Shown: positions 36,572 through 48,834, counted from the first letter of the stretch. The stretch is DNA of 64,000 nt from Neoconidiobolus thromboides FSU 785 (GCA_025603075.1 MU626360.1:1-64000); one strand, 5' to 3'. Numbers and translations: made by a program. Notes: a model not told the origin generated them from the letters alone.

Positions 36572-38451
36572 ATGGAAAAAAATAAAGAAGACGTTATCGA
36601 GGATACTACACTCATTAATAAAATCAATAAAAAACTAACTTATTATTATGATACTGACTACCCAATAAAAAACTTTTTATTGATAGTATTAGTAGCCCTA
36701 TTACTTCGATTAACTGTAGCGTTAGGTAACTACTCAGGTAATTCAACACTCTTCTCACATTTACTTCTTATCCACTAACAATCCCCTTTAGGCTTTGGAA
36801 AATCCCCTTTATATGGTGATTTTGAAGCCCAACGACATTGGTTAGAAATTACTTTAAATTTAAAACCTAAAACATGGTATTTTTATGATTTACAATATTG
36901 GGGTTTAGATTATCCACCAGTAACAGGATATCATTCTTTACTATTAGCTAAAATCGGAAATTATATTAATCCAAGTTGGTTTGAATTAGTTACTTCTAGA
37001 GGAAATGAGGATAAAAATTTAAAAATATTTATGAGATTGACAGTAGTTTTTAGTGAAATATTGACTTTTGTTTTACCATTGTTTATGTTTGTTTTGGCTT
37101 GTATGGATATCAAAGCGAAAAAAGAATTGCAATTAAAATCGGTAAATTTATTTATTTATTATATTTAGTTACTTAATTATATATATTGTTATAGTTATTT
37201 ACTCTATCATTTATATTATTTAACCCTTTATTAATCATTATAGATCATGGACATTTTCAGTAAGTAAAATATAAAATAAATTAAAATAAACCAAATTAAC
37301 TTAATTCATTACTTTAGATATAATTGTGTTATGTTAGGATTCTTAATCTTTAGCTTATATTATATTCAACAAAAGGATTATATTAAATGTAGTGTATTTT
37401 TTTGTTTGTGCGTTGGATTTAAACAAATGGCATTATACTATTCATTACCGATATTTGCTTATCTATTAGCCAAATGTTTATTTCCAATGAATTTAATAAG
37501 GTTAATTAAAATTGGTGCTACAGTTATTGTTACTTTTGGTTGTTTATTATATCCTTTAATTTATCAAGAAAATGATTGGCTAGATATTATAAAGCAAGTT
37601 TTTATTAGAATCTTTCCATTACAAAGAGGCTTATTTGAAGATAAAGTAGCTAACTTTTGGTGTAGTTTGAATATTTTAATTAAATTAAGGAATTATTTTA
37701 AAGTGGATGAATTGGCTAAAATTAGGTAAAACTAAACTTTTTATACATTAATAAGATTATAAACGTTAACTATTTATAGTGCTTTAACAACTTTAATCAC
37801 GTGTTTACCCTCATTTTATAAATTATTAAGGAAACCTTCGATGCCCAGATTATTACTAACGTTAACTATCCACTCATTTTCGTTCTTCTTATTTTCATTT
37901 CAAGTACATGAAAAATCTATCTTGTTACCAACACTTCCCTTGTTTTTATTTTTATTTGTTATTAAGGCTTATGATATTAAAAAATGGAATACTACAATTA
38001 CAAATGAAAATGTGGTATTGTTTACTAATGTAGCGATGTTTAGGTAAGAATTTATATGATTTCATTAGTAGTTACTAATGACTAATATATTTTTTAGTTT
38101 ATATCCCTTAATTAAAAAAGATAATTTAATATCCGAATATTATGGATTAATTCTATTTTTCAATACATTATTTAACAATACTTCTATAACTAATAGATAT
38201 AATGTAAGTTTTTTATCTATCCATCATACAACTCTCATAATCAAATTCATCAACCTTTAATTTTTTAGTTGATTTACCTACCGATTATTATATGGCATAT
38301 AGCAGAATTGTTTTTATTACCTCCAACAAAATTACCCGATATTTTTACTGTACTTAATCAAGCGTATGCTTCAGTTGTGTTCTTAGGTTTTTGGCTGATA
38401 TTAAATGTTATTTCCTTCTACAAACCAGTAACTAAAAGTAAAAAAGAATAA
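36572..38451 (+). CDS. ALG6: Dolichyl-P-Glc:Man9GlcNAc2-PP-Dol alpha-1,3-glucosyltransferase (spliced)
   Basis: GDFEAQRHWLEIT...WYFYDLQYWGLDYPP, IDHGHFQ|YN, FKQMALYY, RIFPLQRGLFEDKVANFWC, FSFQVHEKSILLP. Confidence 0.93.
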
Positions 38452-38965
38452 TAAAATAAAATAGCTAGCAATAAAAGTAAATAAAAAAATTAATATATTT
38501 TTATTTGATTTAAAATTCGCTGAATGTAAGCTGTACAGAAATTAAAATTACTGTTATTGTATGTTATGTTTGGATGATAAATTTTATAAGACTTTATTAG
38601 CATAAATGACATAGCTAAAGATTATGTCAAAATGACTGTTAATTGGAATTATTTATAGTAAATGCTTAATATTAGTAGAGGAATTTAATGCCAAAATAGT
38701 TGTAACTAAATCACAATCACTATTAAGTAGAATTATGATCATTATGTACTGAATTGAAATCGTTATGATAAACTTTATTGTTTCGTTGAATAAAACTTAA
38801 TCCATTATGCATTAAAGTTATAGTAATTTTACACAAGTATTATTCAACTAAGCTGGGATTAAAAAGTATATAAAATGGATATAATCAATCCTTTGCTTAA
38901 TCTAATTTATAAAGTTTAAAATACAAGTAGATCTAACCTTTTGTTTTCTTCCATTTCACTTCAAT

Positions 38966-40297
38966 ATGAGTTTAACCTTTGAGTTTCTATCTGAGATTTT
39001 ATTAGAAGAAATTTTCAAATATGTGAGTCCAATCGAATTATTTAATCTACAATTCTTAAACAAATATCTATTTAAAGTTGTTAACAATGTTATTAAATTC
39101 AATTTAACTTATTCAATTTATAATGGATACAAATTTAAGGAATACTATGAGTATCAAAATAAATTTATTAAGGAAAATGGAGGACTAATGAAACATGTCA
39201 GTATAGAAGGTAGGACGATTGAATGCTTAAAAGATTTTTTGAATGTAACATCTATAGAATATACACAACTATATAATAATGAAAATAATGATCAGAACAA
39301 CAATAAACTAAAGATGCAACTACCAGGATTAAAGAAATTAGTTATACATTCATCTAATTACGCACAAACGTTGATGTTCTTTAAAGATTACTTAAAGCAA
39401 CTTGAAGTAGTTCAGATTAATAGTCATAATTTTACTATTGAAGATATTATCACAAATTTGAATCCAGCCAAGTTAGGATCACTTGTATTAAATGCAAATG
39501 GTAGTTCTTTATACCTTCAGGGATTAGATATTATCAAAACAAAATTCAATAAGCTAAAGAAATTACAATTGAAGGCAGATAAATATATTTATTCTAGTGA
39601 GAATAACCCAAAAATAAATTTCACTTCTAGTTTAGAATTGAAAATTGAAGGAAAATTTAACAGAGATTTTAGTTTAGACATTCAATATTTTGGTAACTTA
39701 CAGAATTTAAAAAGTGTGATGTTGTTACATAGATATGGTGAATTCTTTAATAGAATAAATAAACGTGTCAACATAAAATCATTAAAGATATGTAATAAGG
39801 TTATTTTGGGGTATTTTGATTCAAGGCATTCGATTGATTACGACTTTTTAAGATTACCCAATCTTAAGCAGATTTATGTTAGTAGTTTAGATAATGAATT
39901 ATTAAAATCAATTTTTTTTTTATCAAATATTAAAACAATTCAAGTTCATGTTTTCCATACTTTTGGTTTTTATAGAGAAATGTTCTATAATATTAGTGAT
40001 GCAAATAGTAAGAATCTTTATACAGAAAAGCGTGGATTGATCCAATGTCCATTTGTAAAAGAAATTGAAGTTAATATTTTTGCTAGTTCTTATGTTAATT
40101 TTCTTCTTTTTTTATCTTTATTCCCAAACCTTGAGATACTTAAGATTACTGATTTTTATTTAATGGGTATAGTAGACACAGAAGTAGAGCTTAAACTAAC
40201 TACTCCGCTGTTATTACTTGTTACTATCCCAGATGAATCAAATTTAGCTTATGAAGAAGTGGAAAAGATCCCAATGTTAAATTGGATTAAATTGTAA
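38966..40297 (+). CDS. F-box protein with LRR-like C-terminal region (paralogue A, intact)
   Basis: N-terminal LSEILLEEIFKYVSPIELFNLQFLNKYLFKVV fits the F-box consensus; repeated LxxLxL-type motifs (LKKLVI, LKKLQL, LKSVML, LKQIYV, LEILKI). 443 aa, intronless. Confidence 0.75.
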   Translation: MSLTFEFLSEILLEEIFKYVSPIELFNLQFLNKYLFKVVNNVIKFNLTYSIYNGYKFKEYYEYQNKFIKENGGLMKHVSIEGRTIECLKDFLNVTSIEYTQLYNNENNDQNNNKLKMQLPGLKKLVIHSSNYAQTLMFFKDYLKQLEVVQINSHNFTIEDIITNLNPAKLGSLVLNANGSSLYLQGLDIIKTKFNKLKKLQLKADKYIYSSENNPKINFTSSLELKIEGKFNRDFSLDIQYFGNLQNLKSVMLLHRYGEFFNRINKRVNIKSLKICNKVILGYFDSRHSIDYDFLRLPNLKQIYVSSLDNELLKSIFFLSNIKTIQVHVFHTFGFYREMFYNISDANSKNLYTEKRGLIQCPFVKEIEVNIFASSYVNFLLFLSLFPNLEILKITDFYLMGIVDTEVELKLTTPLLLLVTIPDESNLAYEEVEKIPMLNWIKL

Positions 40298-40689
40298 ATT
40301 CAATAATTACTATAACTGCAGAATTTAGTTTATTAATATTAAAATATCCTTTACTTTATTTTAAATTAACTCTTGTTTTTAATTTATTCATTACTAATTA
40401 TTTATCATATATTAACAGAAAATATTTGAGTTAATATATAAATTGAAACTATAAAAAATTATTATTATTAAACACCTTTTATTTTACTAATTACCAATAT
40501 AAAATAATTCAATGTCTTAATAGTTTATTTAAATGCAAAGTAACAGCATCAATACTATACAACTTTAAACATATTCATAGTTAATATAATACAAGAATAA
40601 TATGTACTCAATAGCACGTCAAAATTATTTTTTATACAAAAGCTTTTGAGTTATTTATAAAAAATATAAAAAATAAGGCATTTATATAT

Positions 40690-40787
40690 GGGGCTGTTTT
40701 TTTTTAGTTTCATTATTTTTCCATTTTTTAAGCGCTATTTGAGTGGAAAGATTGTAGTAAAATTCTTAAACAAAAAAACACATCCCC
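40690..40787 (+). mobile_element. MITE-like element copy 13
   Basis: GGGGCTGT...ACATCCCC, flanks ATAT/ATAT. Confidence 0.92.
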
Positions 40788-41132
40788 ATATGCTTATATG
40801 AAAGTTTTATGAAGTGTTCGTAAATAAAAATAATAGGAAAAGTTCTAGACAATAAGACATACAAAAATGACTTAATGTATAAATTTGTCTTAATAAGGGT
40901 TAAAGTGATAGTTAATTAAAAATTATTAAAAATTATTAAAAATAGATTGAAGTTAATAATCTAAAGTCACAATATTTATAAGTTTAAATCAGTAATAGTT
41001 TTTCAAACAGAGGTTTTATCATAAATTAGTAAAAATTGACCATTTTACATACACTTATACACTTATAATGCATTTTGTTAGCTTTTTTTCATTGAAAAAA
41101 CTGTGTAAATAATAATTTAAGTATAAATATAT

Positions 41133-41230
41133 GGGGATGTATTTTTGTATTTAAGAATTTTACTAACAATTTTTCTATTTAAATAGCGCTTAGAAAATGG
41201 AAAAAATAATGAAGCCAAAAAAACACTCCC
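41133..41230 (-). mobile_element. MITE-like element copy 14
   Basis: GGGGATGT...ACACTCCC, flanks ATAT/ATAT. Confidence 0.9.
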
Positions 41231-41481
41231 ATATGTTTGTAATAAAGCTTAACCTTAGTAGTTAATTAAATGCTAAAATAATCGTAGTCAAGTCAAAGCA
41301 CTATTGATTGATGTCTTAGTTACTGTATGTTAAAGCCTAACCCACTTTTATTAAGACTTCAATATGTCATACACTAAAGTTTATATCATTATAGGCAAAT
41401 ATCGTTTAGTTGGTGTGAGATTTAAAAAATATAAAAGGAAATTGAATAAAATCTTTTGTTTAATTTAAATCACACTTTAAC

Positions 41482-42865
41482 ATGAATATAATATTTGAGT
41501 GTTTATCTGAGATTTTACTAGAACAGGTATTTGAATATTTGAATATTTGAATATTTAGACTCAGCTAAGTTGTTTGATCTATGTTTCTTAAATGGGTATT
41601 TGCTTAAGCTTACAAATAATGCTATTAATTAGAATTTAATCTATTTGATTTACAATCAACATAACGATGATGAATTTAAAGACTTTCAAGAAAGATCTAT
41701 AAGGGACAACAGATCATTAATTGAGCATATAAATATAAATGGTGATATAGTTAGATATCTAAATAGTTGTCCAAATATAATATCTATAGTCTATATTCGA
41801 ACAACTAATAATAATCATAATGATAATACCAGTGTTTTTTTATATTTTTGGCAGTAACTACAATGGAATAAAGGCTGAATTACCAGGATCAAAAGGGCTA
41901 ATCATAGATTCATCTAATTATTTACAACCCTTAACATATTTCAACAGGTATTTGAACCAAACGGAGTTTCTTAAAGTCTATGCAATACTATTGCTACAAA
42001 TATCATTAATCCTTTAAATCCAATTGTATCGAAAGTATTAATATTAAGTTTTGGTTATAAGTTACAGCTTTACAGGTTAGATATTATTAAGAAATTCAAG
42101 AAGTTGAGCTTATTATGATTACAGTTAAACAGCTCTGTTTGCACCTCTATTGTATTTAATTCTAAAATGAACTTTATTTCTAAAATTAGCAATTAGTGCA
42201 AAATTTGATAACCTTGATCTTAAATGTTTGGTGATTTAAATGAATTCATAAGTATAAACTTTTTAAATCACAGTACTCAATATTTTAATGTTGGTAATGA
42301 AACTAATAGAATGAATTTAATCATAAGCTGTAATGTTATTGCTTTGAGTGAGTTTGATTCAAATCATGTTATTCCTGATGATTTTTTAAAGCTAATAACG
42401 CTAAAAATAGTTTGTATTACTTATAAAGGCTTTGTTATGTTTAATTTCACCATTGACAAATATTCAAGGCACTCATTTTAGTAGTGTGTATTTCAATGTT
42501 GGGTATGTATTCAATAAATTAATTGAATTGGGAGCGATATTTATAATAAATAGTACGATTCAATAAATTAATTGAATTGGGAGCGATATTTATAATAAAT
42601 AGTACGATTCAATTAAATGGAGTTTTAGAAAAAAGATAATAATTAATCATTTTGGCTATTCACTCGATATATTCTTATGCTTTTATCCCTTTTTCTAAAT
42701 CTTGAGCAGCTTACAATTTCTCATTTTAAAGTAGAAGCCAAAAATACAAGAGTTTAGTATAATATCAACATTAGGTTATTACTTATTACACTTATTACGC
42801 TCAAATCTAACCTAACTTCTTATGAAGGGCTTGAAAAAATCATATTAAATTGAATAAAAATATAA
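41482..42865 (+). pseudogene. F-box family paralogue B, degenerate
   Basis: ATG AAT ATA ATA TTT GAG TGT TTA TCT GAG ATT TTA CTA GAA aligns with paralogue A. An 8-bp unit (TTTGAATA) expanded to 3 copies causes a frameshift/stop. Fragments ELPGSKGLIIDSSNY and FLCFLSLF..LEQL; internal 49-bp duplication. Confidence 0.75.
42509..42606. repeat. Perfect tandem duplication, 2 x 49 bp, inside F-box pseudogene B
   Basis: ATTCAATAAATTAATTGAATTGGGAGCGATATTTATAATAAATAGTACG at 42509 and 42558. Confidence 0.95.
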
Positions 42866-42994
42866 CAGCTTCCTTGTTAGACTTACTATATCATTTGTAA
42901 TAAAATATCTTCATGTTTTATCTTTAAATTGTTTTTTTTTACTTTACAAGATCTTATTGAACAATTGAGTATTACTTTGATTTAGATAGCATAT

Positions 42995-43078
42995 GTGGAT
43001 GTGTTCTTGTGTTTAACAATTTTTCCACTCAAATAATGCCTGGAAAATGGAAAAAGTAATGAAGCCAGAAACATCCAC
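42995..43078 (-). mobile_element. MITE-like element copy 15 (internally deleted, 84 bp)
   Basis: GTGGATGT...ACATCCAC, flanks ATAT/ATAC. Confidence 0.82.
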
Positions 43079-43738
43079 ATACATTATAGATTTTATAAGA
43101 TTAAAATTAAGACAGTTGTTTAAATAATATTCCCTTTGATCCCCTCTCTCACCATTGAGTAAGAACCTATTTGGAGATGAGAAGTAAAACGAATCTTATT
43201 TCGTCTTTTTGACTCGCTTCCTACCTTATCAGACAACTTCCTTTAATAACTTTGTCTCTTAAGTCAATAAAGTTGAGTAGTTGATTTTTGTTTTATCTAA
43301 TAAAACACTTGTGACTTTGGTCTTTCAAGAGCAAAAAAAGCAATTTTCTAACAGTACTTAAATTAACGTTTAAAAGTTATTATTATCTTTGTATTAATTC
43401 TATTAGCTGATAGTATACAAAAATAGTCAACTATTATTTGAAATGAATTTATACTTTGTTTACATTTAAGCTATTGTAAAAAATAAAATCAATTAGACAA
43501 CATTTCACTATAAAATTAAAACAATTGAATACGGAATACATAAAGATAAATAAATAATTGAAGATCTTAAATGATGAAGAAATCAAGCTATTTTGTATAC
43601 ATTTGTAACGAATTTCAAAAGCTCTCTTTATTTCTAAAAGTTAATTTTAAGTGATTAGAAATAACAAATTATTTATTCGAAATAATCTTTAGTATTAAAT
43701 AATTTAGTCAAAATCATTATAGTCAGGTTTAAGTAATT

Positions 43739-43828
43739 GGGGATGTTTTTTGGTTTTATTACTTTTTCCATCTTTTAAGTACTATTTACGTGGAAAAATT
43801 GTTAGTAAAATTCTTGAAATACATCCCC
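43739..43828 (+). mobile_element. MITE-like element copy 16
   Basis: GGGGATGT...ACATCCCC, TSD AATT/AATT. Confidence 0.9.
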
Positions 43829-43986
43829 AATTATTAAAATTAGTTTTAGTCCTCATATGCTAAAGTAATTCATTGTATAGCAAAGTTTAAGTCATTAAGA
43901 GTAATTACTACTTGATTAAGTTAGCATTCAAAAAGTATAAAAGAAAAACAAAGTGGAATCTCCTTTATTTTACAATTTTATTTGAA

Positions 43987-45021
43987 AGGAGTATAAAATT
44001 TGAGTATTTATCCAAAATTTTATTATAAGGTATTTTCAAATATGTGAACCTAATTGAGTCATTGGACCTGTGTTTTTTAAATATTTGCTAAAAGCTATAG
44101 GCAAAGCTATCAAATTTAAGTTAACTCATTCGATTTATAATCAATATAAGTGTAATGGATATCAAGGCTATCAAGAGAACTTTATTAAAGAAAATGGAAA
44201 GCTAATGGGGCATGTAAATACAGCTGACAAAACACTTGAAAATTCAAATCATTATTCAAACATTGCATCTATAGTCTATAAATAATTAATTATTGTATAC
44301 AAAAAAGGGTTTGATAATTATACCAAGATAGAAATTAAGCGTCCACAGGTAAAAAGATTAAATATGTCCTCAATAATTACACATATTCATTAACTTTATT
44401 TAATAACTATTTAAACCAACTTGAAGTGTTTAAACTTAATAGAGATAATTCCAAAATTAAAGACAGTATTAAAGATTTAAACCCAAATAAATTAAAGTCA
44501 CTTATATTGAATACAAGTCATATATTATTGTACCTTTATGGATTATATACTATTAAAATAAGATTTAATAAGTTAAAAGTGTTATATTCAAGTACTCAGG
44601 AACATTTAGACGTTAGAGAAAATAGCTCAGAGATAGGCTTTATTTCTAGCTTGGGATCAAAAATTGTAAGAGTATTTACTTTTAATTTTAATGTCGCTTC
44701 CTTTAGCAACTTATGGAATTTAAAAAGTATAGCATCATTTATTAGATAAGTGGGTTGATAAAATATGTATTTGTAGAACAAATCGAGATAGATTATTTTC
44801 ATAGCATATTTGAAAACTTCTTTCATTTCTTATAACTAACTCTATTTCTAAATCTTAAGCTATTTGAAACTAAGGAGATTTTGCCTCTTGATGTAGGCTC
44901 AATATTTGAACTTAAGCTTATTACTCCACTATTATTGTTTGGCAGTATTTTATCCGACCCAGATCTAGATTATTATAATCAAATAGAAAGTATTATAGTA
45001 TTAGATTGGATAAAGCTATAA
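43987..45021 (+). pseudogene. F-box family paralogue C, degenerate
   Basis: Start codon appears mutated (AGG AGT ATA AAA TTT GAG TAT TTA TCC AAA ATT TTA TTA TAA). Fragments FIKENGKLMGHV, IKDLNPNKLKSLILN, ELKLITPLLL, and LDWIKL* at the end. Confidence 0.78.
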
Positions 45022-45039
45022 ATCCGATAAGCAATATAT

Positions 45040-45140
45040 AAGGCTGTATTTTTGTGCTTAAGAATTTTACTAACAAATTTTCTACTCAAATAATGTGCTT
45101 AAAATTGGAAAAAGTAATGAAGCCAAAAAAAACACCCCTC
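45040..45140 (-). mobile_element. MITE-like element copy 17
   Basis: AAGGCTGT...ACACCCCTC, flanks ATAT/ATAT; begins 19 bp after the stop of paralogue C. Confidence 0.87.
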
Positions 45141-45239
45141 ATATCGTAATTATAATAAATTATCTTTCAACTTTATTTTAGTTTTTTCAGTCATTTTATC
45201 TATTGTATATTGATCTAGAAAAATATGGCAATACATTGA

Positions 45240-45768
45240 TCAAGCAATATTTAAAGTCATAGAACCTTGAAACAGTTTATTTTAATGCACAAAGTTTAAA
45301 CGAACTGTAAGATAATATAACAACTCTCAATATGTTTTGATGTTATTTATTTTCTTATAATGCTAATAAGAAACCAAAGAAAGTAGTTGAACATATTCAA
45401 AATATGAATAGTCTAATATCAATCCAGTAAGAAATAAAACATTTTATATAAAAAATCAAAATGTATATAAACTTTCAATTCAAAGTAGTGACTGAATATC
45501 TTTGTTCTCAGCAACTATGCCAAAGTTCCAGAGGCTCAAAAAAGGATATTGGTTTTATACATAAAAAGGGTAAGTTTTTAATTACTGATAAAGGTTTAAA
45601 TAAGCTATTTTTATATACCAAGTTTGGTAATTTAGTACAATTCATTAATGTTAATTTCCTTAATCATAAACATCTTGTGTTTAGGAAAAAAGCGGAAGTT
45701 AGAGGTAGATATTAAGGAATAGTTCATGATCTAGTAAGCTTTTTGCTAATAAAGTTACCCTTCAAATA
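45240..45768 (+). pseudogene. Truncated relic of the secreted beta-propeller gene at 48835-49695
   Basis: GTTCCAGAGGCTCAAAAAAG vs GTTCCAGAGGTTCAAAAAG in the intact gene. Peptide KGKFLITDKGLNKLFLYTKFGNLVQFINVNFLNHKHLVF vs NDKILVIGEGSNKIFLYTKLGILVETIDASFFELKHLVF; SSKLFANKVTL vs SSKLLVDEITL. Left boundary approximate. Confidence 0.75.
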
Positions 45769-46406
45769 ATTTTTAAGATTTATAAATTAGTAAGATAAAA
45801 CAGTTTTTAGCTCAACATAAGTCAGTTGTTTAATATTATTTTTTATTGTATTTAACTTTAGTTAAATTATCGAATATACAACTATATACCTAAGTAGCTA
45901 TGCAGCTATATAGCTAAGTAACTAAAATAAGGCTTTGTCTTTATGCAGTCACACATAGACTAGTTTAAACCTAAGAGATTCAATCTTTTTCCGATTAAGT
46001 TATTAAGGTTCTAAATTGATCACAAACATTATAAAAATAGTATGATTTGTTTTACTTTAAATATCAATTGTTTTGAAAACTTATGCTATGTATAAAATGA
46101 ACAAAATAGAATTAAACACCTTTAACATAATTTCATAAATTTAAGCTTAAATTAAATTGAACAGTTTGATTTAAGTTTTTAAATTATTTAAAGCTATCTT
46201 GTACTTTTTGATATTTCAAAATAGTTGATTTAAACTTATTTTAATATACAAATAATTTAAGTTACTAACATTTTCTAGATAATACTTTTTAGTTACGTAT
46301 CTATGAAGAAGGCTTAGTTTATTTAAGGAATTTAAAACTAAAGATTCTAATGACACTATTTAATAATTGATTTCGTTATCATTTTGATATCTTTGATTAT
46401 AAAAGT

Positions 46407-46430
46407 TTATTATTATTATTATTATTATTA
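46407..46430. repeat. (TTA)8 microsatellite
   Basis: Direct reading of the sequence. Confidence 0.85.
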
Positions 46431-46940
46431 TATTTATATTTATGTTATTAAAAAAGAATGATATTTAATAATAAATTAGTTTTATAAAACATTAATAACT
46501 CAAAAAATCAATTTAGTTATAGCTATTTAATTTATTGTGCTATATCGTATAATATCGGAAAACAGTTATATCAAAAGCATGCTATAAAACTTGATTGTTA
46601 ATTAATCTGGTTTTATATTATTTATTATTAGCTTTGAGCACTTTGAAATATAATTGGCTATTTATTAATTTATAGATTTTGATAAGATAGAATGGTAATT
46701 TAAGGGTAAGATTATGATTCAACAGCTAATTGATTGATTTATTAAAAATTAGAACTTTAACTTTTTAATAAGTTGAAGAATAAAAAGTGGCAAAATAATC
46801 TCAAAGATTCAAAAATTGGAGAAATTACTAAAATTAATACTGCTTTAACCAAATATAGAATTTTTCAAAAAAAAATTCCTCCTTGAAAATAATAAAATCA
46901 AAATTACTGGAACAAAAGGTATAAATAATTGAACTTTCGA

Positions 46941-46971
<31 letters not shown>

Positions 46972-46980
46972 AATTAAATA

Positions 46981-48084
46981 ATGAAATATTTGTTACTTAC
47001 ATCTTTAATATTAAATTTAGTGGCTAGTCATGCTACTATGGAAAAACCAGCTATTCGTGGAAATACCGAAAATTGGGGTTTCTGTGATAGTGAAGAAGGT
47101 TGTCCTGGACCTTGTGAAACACCCAAAGATAAAGTAGATTATACTTATCGTCAAAAAGAAGTTTATCAAAGAGGAGCAAAGATTCCAGTTGAATGGAAAA
47201 GACTTAATCACCCTGGAGGTTTTGTAAGACTTGCTATTGTACCAACCGAACAAAGTGATGATAAACAAGCTTTTGATCAAAATGTTTACCAATATTCTTG
47301 TTTTGAATCTAATTGTAAACAAGATGACAATATTGATGATTCTTTCCATGGTTACATGGCTGGACCTAACTTTGCTAATAATCATCCCCAATGTAGTACT
47401 GAATTCGTTATTCCACCACATTTAGAAGATGGTGATTATACTTTACAATGGATGTGGTTCTCTGGTGGCGTTAACACTGGTGATCGTTTCAGAGCCTTTG
47501 GTAATTATTATGCTTGTGCTGATTTAAAAATTCGTGGTGGAAATAAAGGTGAAAAACCACCAGTAGCTTTTATTGGTAAAGATGCTGTAACTGAAGATCC
47601 AAAACAATGTCGATTCTGGGGTAAGAATGATGAATATTCTTGTGAAAAGAGTTATGATGCAAGTAATCCAGATAAATGTCCAAGAGGTGGCCCTCGTCTT
47701 GGTGCACCTTCTGCTTTCTCTGTTGGTATTTCTGGTGAACAGTCTAATAGAGGTATCCCATTTGAAGCTCCAGAATGGTACAAACAAAAATATCCACAAG
47801 CTGATGTTATGCCACAAAGTCCAGTAAATTGGACTCCTCCAGAAAAGTATAACCCTAATCCATATAATCAAGGTGCTCCATTTATTGAAACTAATCATAA
47901 CAAACAACAAAATCAAGAACAAAAGCCTGTAGAACAAAAGCCTGTAGAGCAACAAAAAAATGGACAAGATTCAGTTTGGACCCCACCTCCAGGTTATAAT
48001 CCATACGCTGAAGGACAACCATTAGCTGGTAAAACTCCAGTTTGGACCCCACCTCCAGGTTATAATCCATATGGCCAAAATTAA
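46981..48084 (+). CDS. Secreted histidine-brace LPMO-like protein (AA11-like fold) with Pro/aromatic repeat tail
   Basis: Signal peptide MKYLLLTSLILNLVAS then His at mature position 1 (HATMEKPAIR); second His at mature position 61 (NHPGG); IPPHLEDGDYTLQWMWF; YYACADLKI; intronless. Confidence 0.75.
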   Translation: MKYLLLTSLILNLVASHATMEKPAIRGNTENWGFCDSEEGCPGPCETPKDKVDYTYRQKEVYQRGAKIPVEWKRLNHPGGFVRLAIVPTEQSDDKQAFDQNVYQYSCFESNCKQDDNIDDSFHGYMAGPNFANNHPQCSTEFVIPPHLEDGDYTLQWMWFSGGVNTGDRFRAFGNYYACADLKIRGGNKGEKPPVAFIGKDAVTEDPKQCRFWGKNDEYSCEKSYDASNPDKCPRGGPRLGAPSAFSVGISGEQSNRGIPFEAPEWYKQKYPQADVMPQSPVNWTPPEKYNPNPYNQGAPFIETNHNKQQNQEQKPVEQKPVEQQKNGQDSVWTPPPGYNPYAEGQPLAGKTPVWTPPPGYNPYGQN

Positions 48085-48586
48085 AAAGCTTTATCGTTAA
48101 TATTGTCTGTTATTTATCATTAATTAAAATATCAAAATTATTATTAATTTTTATCTAATAAATATAAATGCGTTTAATTTTTTATTTATTTAATAAATAT
48201 TTAAAAAATTAATATATAAAATACTATTTAAGAACAGAATTTTAAAATGTCTAATTATAGTCTTGAGATAATTATAACTATTAAACAACTTTAGACTATG
48301 CTATTATTATCAATTGAATATTATAAAAAACCCTTATAACCCCTCATCTCCTCGTTATCTTTTATTATTTAGAGAGGATGGTATTCTATAAAATAAACCA
48401 TAATTATAGCCACAATTCTGATTACTTAAATTATCCGAAAAAAGACTTTGAAGCTCCTAATACTTTTATTTCTTTATTGAATATTTAATTATTTTATCAA
48501 AGACTGGGTGATTGATACCTTAAATATTTTTAATAATAATCACAAACTAAACATATTGTTACACTAATATTTAAATAATATGAATA

Positions 48587-48684
48587 GGAGATATATTTTT
48601 GTGTCTAAGAATTTTATTAACAGTTTTTCCATCTAAATAGTGCTTAAAAGATGCAAAAAGTGATGAAGCCAAAAAACATCCCTC
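48587..48684 (-). mobile_element. MITE-like element copy 18
   Basis: GGAGATAT...CATCCCTC followed by ATAT; left flank AATA. Confidence 0.8.
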
Positions 48685-48834
48685 ATATCTTGGACAATTT
48701 TTTATAAAATAAAACTCTATTTTAGCTGTATGTATAATAAGTTAAAGTTAAATGTAAAAAAGATTAACATTAAATAATCAGTTTATATTAAAGTAAATAA
48801 ACATAATACTAAAGTGATATATAGTATAATTTAT

